A stretch of DNA of 64,000 nucleotides, from positions 18,064 to 82,063 of IMG/VR virus record IMGVR_UViG_2888055400_000002. The stretch is one strand, 5' to 3'. The notes beneath the pieces were generated by a model. It had not been told where the DNA came from. It saw only the letters and a list, made by a program, of their open reading frames with translations, and did not search any database. The DNA is from a virus. Its lineage: Duplodnaviria; Caudoviricetes. Both the position numbers and the translations under genes were made by a program. How positions within the stretch are numbered: the stretch's first letter is position 1; each line of letters begins with the position of its first letter. Shown piece by piece: positions 1 to 10,617 of this stretch.

Positions 1-115
1 CATCAAAATCTCTTAAAGCTTTAATGCGATAAAGGGTACGATTACCAAAGACACGCGTTTCATTTGTGAGTTCATATTTTTTGGATACAATTTTAGATGC
101 AGTTATAGTGGTCAT
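1..115 (-). CDS. Beta-helix (hexapeptide-repeat) phage-type protein, 5' part only (runs off window)
   Basis: Manual translation MTTITASKIVSKKYELTNETRVFGNRTLYRIKALRDFD, the same N-terminus as the paralogs. Confidence 0.85.
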   Translation of the reverse strand, partial: MTTITASKIVSKKYELTNETRVFGNRTLYRIKALRDFD

Positions 116-168
116 AGGTTTTATCCCTAATTTAAATAATGATTAAATTTTAATGAAAGTTAGAGGGG

Positions 169-185
169 GGCGCCCCCGCCGCGCC
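169..185 (-). repeat. GC-rich intergenic hairpin of the beta-helix array
   Basis: Minus strand GGCGC-GGCGGGG-GCGCC after the 205..714 gene. Confidence 0.8.
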
Positions 186-204
186 TTTCATTTACGTTGC
201 TTTT

Positions 205-714
205 TTACAGATGGCACATCACAAATGAAATTTCACCATAAGGAGAGAGACGCTCTGTATAAACATTTTCTCTTGTATTGCCATAAGCATTTTTAGTAAC
301 AACAGCCATGCCATAGGCACTTGCATTTTCATAAATATGAACATTACTTATGATTTTTGCACTATCAAAAACCCGCGCGTTATCATAAACATGCGCATTG
401 GCAAAAACCTTGGCAAAATCATAAACCTTGGCATTTCCATAAACAAAGCCACCCACAGAGGCATTGCCATAAACCCTAGCGTTTTCAAAAACACGACCAG
501 GTTTTAAAACAGTAGCATCATCACCAACCCAGCAATCACCATCATGAGAGAGGTTGCTTTCATCTTCAATAAAGCCACCAAGGTCACCAGCTTTAATATC
601 ACCAAAGTCTTTTAATGCTTTAATACGATAAAGTGTGTGATCACCCAATACACGGGTTTCATTTGTGATTTCATATTTTTTGGATACAATTTTGGATGCA
701 GTTATAGCGGTCAT
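205..714 (-). CDS. Left-handed beta-helix/hexapeptide-repeat phage-type protein
   Basis: KKYE..LYRIKALKDFGDIKAGDLGGFIE..NLSHDGDCWV head followed by V-Y-[GD]-N-A-x hexapeptides. Confidence 0.85.
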   Translation of the reverse strand: MTAITASKIVSKKYEITNETRVLGDHTLYRIKALKDFGDIKAGDLGGFIEDESNLSHDGDCWVGDDATVLKPGRVFENARVYGNASVGGFVYGNAKVYDFAKVFANAHVYDNARVFDSAKIISNVHIYENASAYGMAVVTKNAYGNTRENVYTERLSPYGEISFVMCHL

Positions 715-770
715 AGGTTTACTCCTATTCTAAATAATTAATAAATTTTGAATGAAAGGGTTTGGAAAGC

Positions 771-789
771 AGGCGCCCCCGCCGCGCCC
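771..789 (-). repeat. GC-rich intergenic hairpin of the beta-helix array
   Basis: Minus strand GGGCGC-GGCGGGG-GCGCCT just after the stop of 800..1591. Confidence 0.8.
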
Positions 790-799
790 GCGCGTTTAT

Positions 800-1591
800 T
801 TACGCAGCGTCTTTTATGGATTGATCATCACCACAAATATCATCACGAATTTTTATATGGCTATTAACCACGGCGTTGCCATAAATTTTTACATGATGAT
901 CGATATTTGATTTTCCATAAACCTTTGCATTATCATAAATTCTTGAGAAGCAACCAACGCGCGCCGAGCCAGAGACCTTTGCATTTCCATAGACGCTTGC
1001 ATAATCCTTAATCCATGCATTGCAAAAAACATGCGCATTGTCATAAACAGAAGCATAGACATGAATACGTGATTTACCATAGATTTGTGCATTGCCATAA
1101 ACATAGCCACAAACATGGGCATTATCATAGACCCTAGCATTGTCATAAATTTTTGCACCATCAGTAATAATAGCTTTATTGCAAACCACGGCATTACCAA
1201 AAACTTGCCCAGCGATTTTCGTATCATCATAGATTTTAGCATTCTCATAAATGCAAGCATCATTACCAAAAACCCATGCCTTTCCATTTATAGTAGCATT
1301 TCCATAAACCTTGGCTTGTCTAAAAACTTTAGATTCTTGATAAATTTTAGCATTCTCATAAAGCTTGGCATTCAAAAAAACCGCAGCATTGTCATAAACC
1401 CAGCAATTGCCATCATGAGAAAGGTTCTCTTCATTTTCAATAAAGCCCCCAAGGTCACCCGCCTTTACATCATCGAAATCCCTTAAAGCCCGAATGCGGT
1501 GCAAAGTAATTCCTTCAAAAGTGAAGTTTTCAGTTGTTAATTCATATTTTTTTGCAGAGATAACGGGGGTATTTTTTACTGTAGATTTCAT
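800..1591 (-). CDS. Left-handed beta-helix/hexapeptide-repeat phage-type protein (first gene of array A)
   Basis: Same conserved head and YDNA/YGNA repeats; SD AAAGGA at 1598-1603. Confidence 0.88.
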   Translation of the reverse strand: MKSTVKNTPVISAKKYELTTENFTFEGITLHRIRALRDFDDVKAGDLGGFIENEENLSHDGNCWVYDNAAVFLNAKLYENAKIYQESKVFRQAKVYGNATINGKAWVFGNDACIYENAKIYDDTKIAGQVFGNAVVCNKAIITDGAKIYDNARVYDNAHVCGYVYGNAQIYGKSRIHVYASVYDNAHVFCNAWIKDYASVYGNAKVSGSARVGCFSRIYDNAKVYGKSNIDHHVKIYGNAVVNSHIKIRDDICGDDQSIKDAA

Positions 1592-1638
1592 TTGAAATCC
1601 TTTCTAATCAAAAAGTTTTGAATTGACACCTATAAAGG

Positions 1639-1721
1639 CGCCGGGTGTTCAAAACACGGTGATTAGTCCGTTGCTTACACTTTTCCCATAAGGGTATTGT
1701 ATGGTGTAAGCACACCCGACA
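1639..1721 (-). ncRNA. C4-like antisense RNA, island A allele
   Basis: Folds by eye into a cloverleaf: closing stem TGTCGGGTGT/ACACCCGGCG, GCTTACAC/GTGTAAGC, CCC-TTAT-GGG, ACGG-ACTAATCA-CCGT. Segments CTAATCA and GTGTTTTGA are complementary to boxes at 1801-1819 and 1604-1622. Confidence 0.75.
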
Positions 1722-1832
1722 AAATCTTCATATACTAACAAGAGTATAAAAGATAGCCAGTTTTAAAAGGTTTTGGAAAGGTTGTTACGTAACCTATCCG
1801 CTAATCATAAGTGTTTTGATCACTTGATTATT

Positions 1833-1861
1833 TATATACAAAAATACGTATTTATTGTCAA
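1833..1861 (-). promoter_or_regulatory. sigma70-type promoter of the leader/ncRNA/beta-helix operon
   Basis: TTGAC-N17-GTATAT on the minus strand, conserved at 55984-56011. Confidence 0.65.
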
Positions 1862-2474
1862 TTATATTTTGCTATTTTTTGTATTTTTTTATGATTATTT
1901 TTTATCATATTGTGTATAAATATGCGTCATATGCCTATGAATATTTTCTATTTTATTGCGTTTATTTGACTCTATATTACGCAATGGCGTTATTTTTCTC
2001 TTTTAAACTTCATAACAACTAAAAACGCTTCTTATGATGATTATTTTTATCTTTATAAAGCATGGTTATTTTATTGAATGCCTTGTGAATATTTTTGTGA
2101 ATTTTGTTATCATTTATAAGAGCTTTGTAACTTAAGAAGCTTTAATAGAGATCGCATTTTTATAACCAACCCTTTTGATTCATTCTCTATAGCCACCGCA
2201 TCATTTTTATATCAAAGGATAATAAGATAATGCGGTTTTTATCTGTTATAAGAAGATATATAGATACCTATTGAATTCTTATATCCTTATCAAAATACCT
2301 TTTAAGGGGCTTTTGTCTCTTTTGTTAGTTTTGTCTGTAAATCTTAACAAACAATTCTTATGATTTTAGTGAGTGTTTAAACCCATATCTTATGAGAAGG
2401 CATATGGCTCTTTAAAGCCTTTCAAAAGAGAGTGTGTAATTATGAAAGGTGCTATCAAGATTATTATCGTTATT

Positions 2475-2672
2475 AGTTTTAAGGATTTTGGAGGTTTTGG
2501 GGGTTTTGGGGGTGCCTGTCTCATTTTTCTTTTAATTTTTTTCAATAAAAAATAAAAATCATTATATTTCAATATGTTATTTTTTACCAATTTTCAAAAA
2601 CAACCTATTTCCATAATACAACCTATAAATACAATCAATAATATATGTTTTGTAGGGGTTTTGGGGGTATAG
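2475..2672 (-). repeat. Iteron-like module (CAAAACC repeats around an AT-rich IHF-like site)
   Basis: Near-identical to 55025-55220; TAACATATTGAAA at 2567-2579 on the minus strand. Confidence 0.55.
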
Positions 2673-3038
2673 GGGGTGTTTTTTTGCTTTTTTAAAAATG
2701 AAGGAATTAAAAGCGTAAAGTGATATCAACATTCACTGTTTTCTTTAAAGAGAGCGTTTGAAAGATATGATGGCATCATCTTAAATTGCGCGTTAATCTT
2801 TTAAAGGCAATGTAAACAAATCTCATTCTGTTTAAGATGGGATTTCTTAAAAGCCTTAAAGCAATCCAAATGAGAGTGTTTAAAAGTGCAAGGCTTCTCT
2901 TTTTAGAAGATCGCATGATAAATCGTTCCTTTAAGATTGTACATAATCATCTTTAACAAGAGAGTATAGATATAAACTCTATACCCCTTGTAAGATGTGC
3001 ATACCCATCATGTAAAATGTGAGCATGCTTTCTTAAGT

Positions 3039-6000
3039 CTATTCAGTTTCTCTTAATTCCAATTTGGGGAGGTTCTTAACAATCTTCATTGTTTCTAAAC
3101 TTACCGTAATAACCCTTTGAAACAATTCCAATGGATAAGCAGGGTTGCCAATGGTTTCAACCGCATAGCAATTGGCATCATTAACAATGCCACTCTTTTT
3201 ATCAGTCTTTACGCATTGCCGACCCATAACCCATTCAAGAGCGGGCTTGCCATTTACGATATACTCATAAGCTTCAAGAGGGATATCTGTTATTGTGATA
3301 TTATTGTTATAAAAAACAGTAGTTTTATCTTTTTCCTTACTATTGCCAGCAAATTTCATTTCTGTAACATAATAGAATTTCTCAGGGTTCTTGATATCTG
3401 TAAGTTTTGGATTGCCTTTTTTAAAGGTCACAGGATAAGGTTCTACAGTTTCATAATTGACGTGCAAATTGCCTAATTCACGCCCTGCTGTAACAAACAT
3501 CCAAAAATCTTTAGCACTCTTTACGCAAGGGATGCGAGGGAGCTCTTTAGAGAGGTTATCAGCATAGCGAGCACGGTAATCTTCCGAGTGTAAAATCCCG
3601 TAAACATAATAGAAGATATCATCCTTAGTTATGGTTTCATTAGGATAAGCAGCTTTAAAATGTGCTAATCCTTCATCAGTGATGGCATCACGGCGTTGTA
3701 AACCAGAGGTTTTGATTTCTTCTGTAGAATTTGTAAATAAATGAGATTGGCTATTACTTCTATTTTTTGAAAGTATAGTATCTTCGTAAAGGTACAATGA
3801 AAAACATTGGCTACCACATCTATCATATTCAAATCAGGTAAATTTTTACTCATCAAAGCAGAAAAACCACTTCGTGCTCCTGTTCCTGTAATTTGTATTA
3901 CTCTATTATCAACCACTTTTCCCATAGGGAATATACGAGGCATTTGATAAACCATTTCATTGAAAGTACGATTGTAATAGAGCCATTGTCGTGTAAAAGG
4001 ACGGTAAAGCTTTGAACTAAGCAATTGTTTTCAAAATTCAAAAACTTTTCCTTTAACTAATTGCTGTTTAAGTGCACGACTCCAACTAATTTTTTGTGCA
4101 TCTGAATTGACAAAAATTATTTACAGCATTTGCACGTGTTTTATGTTCAGAATGTAAATAGGTATTATTAAAGCGTTCTACTTCGTTATTATAGAAGGCA
4201 ATCATGTTAGTCATGTTTTTCACTAAAGATTCACGGCTTGAGTTATATACCCAAACATCACGATTTGTTACCAGCCCAAGAGAGAAAGTTCAAAGAGCTT
4301 TTATCATGACCTTTCTTAATACCCATAGCTAGGAATGTTTCAAAACTGTCATCACGTTGATTTACCAATCACCATGTTTGTCTGGTGTAATAGTTCCAAC
4401 TTGATTTAGCCGCATACCATCAACACTACTAAGGTAATCAGAACGGTGAGTTTTTCTTTTGTTGTAAGATTATTGCCGATATCATGGTAGTAAATTTTAC
4501 AAGGTTTAGAAACATTAGGATTTTTGATAAATAATGTTACAGCAATACCGGTCATACTACCATTACCAAAAATATTTTCACCTTCTTGAGCCTTCCCATT
4601 GCTTAACATATTTTTGCGAATATCCCCCCGCAAATTAAGCACATAAATGCTCGTAAATTCTTTGGCTAAAGATTTTCGCAAGCCATCCATTGCTGGTTTT
4701 TCTATATAACCAGAACCAGAAACAAAGCCGATAATCCCAGCATTACTAATACGATCACTTGCCCAACGAATAGCACGAATGTAACTATCATACAAAGCTT
4801 GCATATTGGTTGCTTTCGATTGAGCAGCATAAGTCTCACGAATACGGTCATCTAAAAGTGGATAAGGAGTGTTTTTTGCGTTGTCATTTTCACTTTTTTG
4901 TCTCAAAGAATAAGGAGGATTACCAAAGATAACTTCTATATTCAGCTTTTTTTGAAGTTCCAAATAGGCGCTGTTTTCTTCTAGTAACCCTTTCATCAGA
5001 TCTTGCTTTTCAACCCTCTGAAACGTATCGGTTAATCCAATATGCTTAAAGGGAATATAATCTCCTTTCATAAGACCATGATAGGTTGCTTCAATATTTA
5101 TGGCTGCTATGTAATAGGCAAGGCAAAACAATCTCATTGGCATGGATGTCATGACGGAATTTATACTCCATATCTTCCGGTTTTATCAGATCTGATTGTA
5201 AAAGCCGTGTGATAAAGGTACCTGTTCCCGTAAAGGGATCAAGAATAGAAACACCACGGGAGCCCAAACTCTTGCAAATTCTTTGCGTAAAACATCATCA
5301 ACGGAATGAATGATAAAATCCACAACCTCAACAGGGGTATAAACAATCCCAAGTCTATCTGTTGTCGTTTTAAATGCCTTGGCAAAAAAGCTTTCATAAA
5401 GCGTAATAATGAGATTTTGTCTTGCTTGCGGGGTCGTAATACCAGAGGCACGTAATTTTACACTGTCATAAAACTCTCTAAGATCCTTTGACTCTTCTTC
5501 AATATTTGTCTTGTCTAATTCCTTTAAAATCTTATCCATTGCTTGCGAGATGGTATTGTTTTGAACAAATTCATTGCCATCAAACAAACTTCAAACACAG
5601 GGCGCGTTACAAGATGCTGTGCTAACATCTCAACTGCTTCTTCTTGGTTTAATATCACTGTTTAAATTGTTCTTTAATTCAAGATGAAAGCTCTCAAAGG
5701 CATGAGAGGCTTCACTCTTTTCATCAGAGAGCATGTTTTGAAGACGGTTGATATGGTTTTGAGCAATCTCAGCAACATTGCCAGCCCAGTTTTCCCAATA
5801 ATCCGCAATAGCAAATTTCTTCGTTAGAAGGGTTATGAGAGCATTACGGAACTCCTTAAAAAAGGGTAATCTTCCTTGTACTCCAATACTCTTAGAAGGT
5901 TCATAGGCTGGTTTTCCAATTTTTAATCCCACACTTTCTGATTTCTCATGGATTGAGATTTTATCTTCAACAGCCGTCATACTGTCTAAGGCAAGAATCT

Positions 6001-8011
6001 CTAGGGTATGACTTACATCTTGCCCTAAAATCATCTGGTTAAGGATAACTTCAAAATTCTCATCATGAGCAAGCAAAGCATTGATCACTTGCCAAACAAC
6101 CTTGTATCTCTTGTTGTGTCTTAAAGCTTGCTCAGCAGAAATCCCCGCAGGAACTCCAACGGGTAGAATGATATAACCTCTCTTTTTTCCTTTGGCACGA
6201 CGCATGATACGTCCCACCGCCTGTATGACATCAACATGACTTTTGCGGGGATGGAGAAACATGACCGCATCAAGAGCAGGGACATCCACACCTTCAGAGA
6301 GACAACGAACATTGGTTAAGACACGGCAGGTATTTTCCCCCGCATCTTCTTTAAGCCAGTCAAGAGCTTGATTACGTTTTTTTGCACTTTGTTTTCCGTC
6401 AATATGTTCAAATCTACAATGAAGAGGGGAGGTCTTTTTATAGCTTTCATAAAGAGTCCGTAATTCATCCTGAATTTCATCAGAATTAAAGGTATCACGA
6501 ATGCGTTCAGAGGTTTTAATATCTTTACAAAAAGCCAAAGCACGGCGCATGGGATTAGGGTCATCACTGAGATCAACCTTCAGATCGATTTTACTCAGAG
6601 CTTGATAACAGCCCACAATCTTTGTCTTATCATCAAGAATAAGTTCATAATTATCATCGGTCATAAGATGTTGAATGGATTGGGCTACTGCTTCTTCATT
6701 CACACCCAAAACAATAATCTTATAAGGTGCTAAAAGGTTATTCTGAACGGCTTTTGAAAAGGTATAAGTATAAAGGTTTTTGCCATAGAGCTCTTCATCA
6801 TCCATAGAAGCCAGAACAGCATTAATCTCATTGGCTTGTTTCTTGGCATTATCGGTAAAGATCTTTGGAGTTGCCGTCATATAGAGACGTTTTTTGCCTT
6901 GTATAATGCTGTTGTCATGAACCTTGACAAATTCAGATTCACTGTTGTCTGTACCCAACACAGCACCCGTGGTTCTATGGGCTTCATCACAAATGATCAG
7001 ATCAAATTCAGGTAAATGATATTTCTTTTGAGCATCCGATATCACTTGGATTGAATGATAAGTTGAAAAGATAACAGTCATGACATCAGCAGAAGTCTTA
7101 TTGGCTTTGCTAGCAAGCTGTTTTGCATCTGTTGTAGCAGGCAGGGCAAGATCAGAAGTATCAAGACCAGCATCATCATCTTGGTTTTTACGCCGCTTGC
7201 CAACTTGTGTATCAGAACATACAGCAAAGGAACGCAAGGGTACCTCTGTATCACTTGTCCATTCTCTTATCGTTTGAGACATGAGAGCAAGAGAAGGCAC
7301 TAAAAACAAAACACGCTTACCTTTTCCGGCTATTTGTTCTGCTATCTTGAGACTGGTGAAGGTTTTTCCCGTTCCACACGCCATAATCAGCTTGCCACGG
7401 TCTGCTTCTTGTAAACCCTCACAAACAGCTTCAAGGGCTTCTTTCTGATGATCTAAAAGCTTTTTCTTCGTTTGCTCTTTAAGGACAACCGTTTCTTTTC
7501 CTTCAAAACGACTCCAATCGATTTGACTGTTTTCTAAATCAAACAAATTAATCTGTTGAATGCGAACTTCTTGACCTTCACAGGTGTGAGAAGCATTATC
7601 ACTCCAATCACTTTCCGTGCTATCGATAAGAAGTCGACGGGTGAAGATCTTTTTGCCAGAGGCAGCAATAAAACTATCAATATCTTCTTTTTTAATGCAA
7701 TGGGAAGCATTATAGCATTTACATTGAATAGCAACATAGCCTCCTTCATCACGAATTTTAGCGACTAGATCAATGCCAATATCCCGTCCATCTTCTCCAC
7801 GCTCTTTAGCCCATTCACAATAAGTTTGAACCTGTTCATATTCTTGGCATTGCAGAGGATCTTGCGTCAAATAAGCCATGACAAGGTTTTCAAAGAGAGT
7901 TCCCAATTCACGGGGTGATTTTGCTTTTTGACGGTAGGATTGTAAGAGAGAGCGTAAAGAAGATTGTTTGTAATCAGACTTGAGGGTTTGAAGCATTATG
8001 AGAAACTCCAT
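3039..8011 (-). pseudogene. Type ISP restriction-modification enzyme (nuclease-SF2 helicase-N6 MTase-TRD), multiply frameshifted
   Basis: Fragments 5630-8011, 5186-5587, 4406-5152, 3665-4024 and 3039-3797 are collinear with the intact 49791-54755. Motifs IQCKC, GTGKT, DEAH and NPPY are present. Confidence 0.88.
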
Positions 8012-8297
8012 AGTCTTATGACATTAATTTATTACCTTCGAAAGAATCGAAATGGAGTTTATTAAATACATTTAGAACAAATATCGAGTCTGAAATGGGC
8101 GAAAACCGCCAAAAAAGCTATAAAATGCGTCAAAAAAATTTAACAAGATGCAATCAAGATGCATTTATAAACAGCCTATAAAAAGTAAACTACTGAAATT
8201 TGCTATTCATTTTACGTCAATCAAGACGACTCCAATATGTGCCTTTAAAAGTTCAAATATGCAATTTTGAAGAGTTTTATGATCACTCTAACCATAA

Positions 8298-8515
8298 AGA
8301 ATTGTCAGTTAAGATTTACCGACAAAAATTGACAAAAGCAGACAAAACTCAAGTCACTGATTGTCTATTTTACTCACATGGCTTTTATGCATGAGATTGC
8401 AAAAAATTGTATAATGCTAACCTATTGAAATAAAATGTTTTTATTTTTTCTCATTAAAAAAATAAAAGTACGACCAGAAGGGACCGACAAAACTGTCAAA
8501 AGATACAAAACTTTT
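8298..8515 (+). repeat. Iteron-like module (GACAAAA repeats around an IHF-like site)
   Basis: Homologous to 55340-55545; several GACAAAA units; TAACCTATTGAAA at 8418-8430. Confidence 0.5.
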
Positions 8516-8825
8516 TTTACAAAAGAACTCTGATTATTTTCTTTGGAGAAAGGCTAGTTGATGAGCATGCCATTGAATAAAGAGTTTTGCAGGATTAGGA
8601 TTATTGTTTAAGGGTGGAAAGGGTTTTAATTTTTGCTTTATGGGGGTGGGATAAGCGTTTAGTGGCATAGAATAAATATGGGGAAAAGATTTTTTACACT
8701 TGAGTGAGAACAAGATATTGTGCTATTCGCAGCTGTCTTTGAATAGTCATTGCGTTTTGATCAAGTATTTTAGTTGCTTTTAAAGCAATGCTTACAGAAA
8801 AAGCAAAAGTGGGGGGCAATCTGTA

Positions 8826-10592
8826 TTGTTTTTGGGATTTTTACGCCAAAGTTCTCTTTTGAGAATTTTTCGTGCCATTTTTGTTTTATTGGGCATGTTT
8901 ACAGGTGTAAGTGTTTATGCGCGCTCCTTAGCTTTTTTACACTCCCCTACAGATAATTTTTCTCGCCAACAATCTGAGAAGCAACGATTAGAAAGAATTG
9001 AGAATTTACGCGCTTTAACGCCTAAAAGGATCAAGACGCCTTCAGAGCAAAATCCAGAAACGCTTTTGGGTGGGAAACAATGTTTTCCAATTCATGCTAT
9101 TGTTGTTGAGGGAGTGCATCATGTCAAAAAGCGCTCTATATCAGCCGTAACAGAGCCTTATGTTGGAAGATGTATCGGTCTTGTCGATATTCAGCTCTTA
9201 ATCAAGCAGTTAACCAAAGTTTATTTGGATCAAGGCTATGTGACGGCGCGTTTTTATATTCCTGATCAAGATATCAAAAATAGCAAGACACTCAAATTTG
9301 TTGTTGTTGAGGGAAAGCTTTCAGATATTTATTATAATGGTTTACCGGCATCTCGTTATAACACTGTTGTGTGGAGCGCTTTTCCTGGGCTTAAAGGTCA
9401 TGTTCTGAACATGCGCGATATTGAACAGGGGCTTGATCAGATCAACAGACTTCAGTCAGCGCATGCCAAAAGTGAACTTCTACCGGGGCGTGAAGATGGT
9501 GGTACCATTGTTAATATTAGCAATCACCCTGAGAAAGCTTTTAAGGTTACTGTTTCTCATGACAATATGGGGCAATCCTCCACCGGTTATGCGCGTTATA
9601 GTGCAGGCTTAAAGGGTGAAAATATTTTAGGGATGAATGATGCGTGGGATTTTGGTTATCAACGCAGTGAGACAGATTATTGGGGTGGGAGCAAGCAAGA
9701 AGGACATAGCAATAATTTTTCAGCGAGTGTGAGTATTCCTTACGGTTATTGGACTTTTGGATTGAATGGCACTGTTTATAATTACCAAAGCATTATCCCT
9801 GGCAATTTTACCGATATTGAGACGACGGGGGATTCCAGTGAGTTACACGCCAGTACAAGCAGGGTTCTTCACCGCGATAGTGTTTCGCTTACAACCTTGA
9901 ATTTAGGTCTTTCTTATAAAAGAACCAACAATTACCTTCTTGGCAATAAGATAGAGGTTGGTAGCCGTCAATATAGCGTCGCTAATTTTGGGATTTCGCA
10001 TTCGCGCCAGATGTTGGGTGGGACATGGACCTTTGATGTGAGTTATTTGCAAGGGCTCCCCTTGTTTCATTCAGTAAAGAAACATGCTCCAGGGGCAGGG
10101 GATGGCGAGCCACAATTTTCTAAATTTACCGGCACACTTAGTGTCATGACGCCTTTTAAGGTAGGGGGCTTGGATTTTATACTGAGCAATCTTTTGAGTG
10201 GTCAATATTCCCCGCATAATTTATTGGGTGCGGAACAGATTTCGTTGGGTGGCGCTTCCAATGTTCGTGGAACGCGTGAGAGTTTGCTTTTTGGCAATAA
10301 TGGTTTTTTTAGCCGTAATGATTTGTCTTTGCGCACCATTCCGTGGAGCAACAGCGCTTCTCTGAAAAAGGTTTTGGGGGAACTTCGTCCCTTTGTTGGT
10401 TTGGACTATGGGCGTGTGTTTTCGCAAGCCTTGTATGGAATGACCGGTGAACAGCTTGCCGGTTGGACAGCAGGTGTCAAGCTTGCGGGGGGCATGGTCT
10501 CTCTTGATGCCAGTTATTCCAGTATTTTTTGGAGCACAGTTAAGCACAAAAAATCAGGAACATTTTTTATGACATTAACAATGGAACTTTAA
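8826..10592 (+). CDS. fhaC: TpsB/ShlB/FhaC/CdiB outer-membrane transporter
   Basis: POTRA-like region (CFPIHAIVVEG...YLDQGYVTAR), EQGLDQINRL motif, loop motif LGGASNVRG, beta-barrel C-terminus; directly upstream of a TpsA. Confidence 0.92.
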   Translation: MFLGFLRQSSLLRIFRAIFVLLGMFTGVSVYARSLAFLHSPTDNFSRQQSEKQRLERIENLRALTPKRIKTPSEQNPETLLGGKQCFPIHAIVVEGVHHVKKRSISAVTEPYVGRCIGLVDIQLLIKQLTKVYLDQGYVTARFYIPDQDIKNSKTLKFVVVEGKLSDIYYNGLPASRYNTVVWSAFPGLKGHVLNMRDIEQGLDQINRLQSAHAKSELLPGREDGGTIVNISNHPEKAFKVTVSHDNMGQSSTGYARYSAGLKGENILGMNDAWDFGYQRSETDYWGGSKQEGHSNNFSASVSIPYGYWTFGLNGTVYNYQSIIPGNFTDIETTGDSSELHASTSRVLHRDSVSLTTLNLGLSYKRTNNYLLGNKIEVGSRQYSVANFGISHSRQMLGGTWTFDVSYLQGLPLFHSVKKHAPGAGDGEPQFSKFTGTLSVMTPFKVGGLDFILSNLLSGQYSPHNLLGAEQISLGGASNVRGTRESLLFGNNGFFSRNDLSLRTIPWSNSASLKKVLGELRPFVGLDYGRVFSQALYGMTGEQLAGWTAGVKLAGGMVSLDASYSSIFWSTVKHKKSGTFFMTLTMEL

Positions 10593-10617
10593 GCGTTTTT
10601 TATTGGGGAGTTAACGT

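Noticed and set aside
889-1486. Met-rich and antisense ORFs overlapping the beta-helix genes (also 57198, 57965, 59339 and others)
   Set aside because: Shadow frames produced by the TATGAYAATGC hexapeptide codon repeats; no independent RBS or protein features
2373-2590. Small ORFs with PPKPPKPPK or FGGFGGFGG (also 54962-55323)
   Set aside because: The peptide repeats simply translate the CCAAAACC DNA repeats; ORF length differs between the islands
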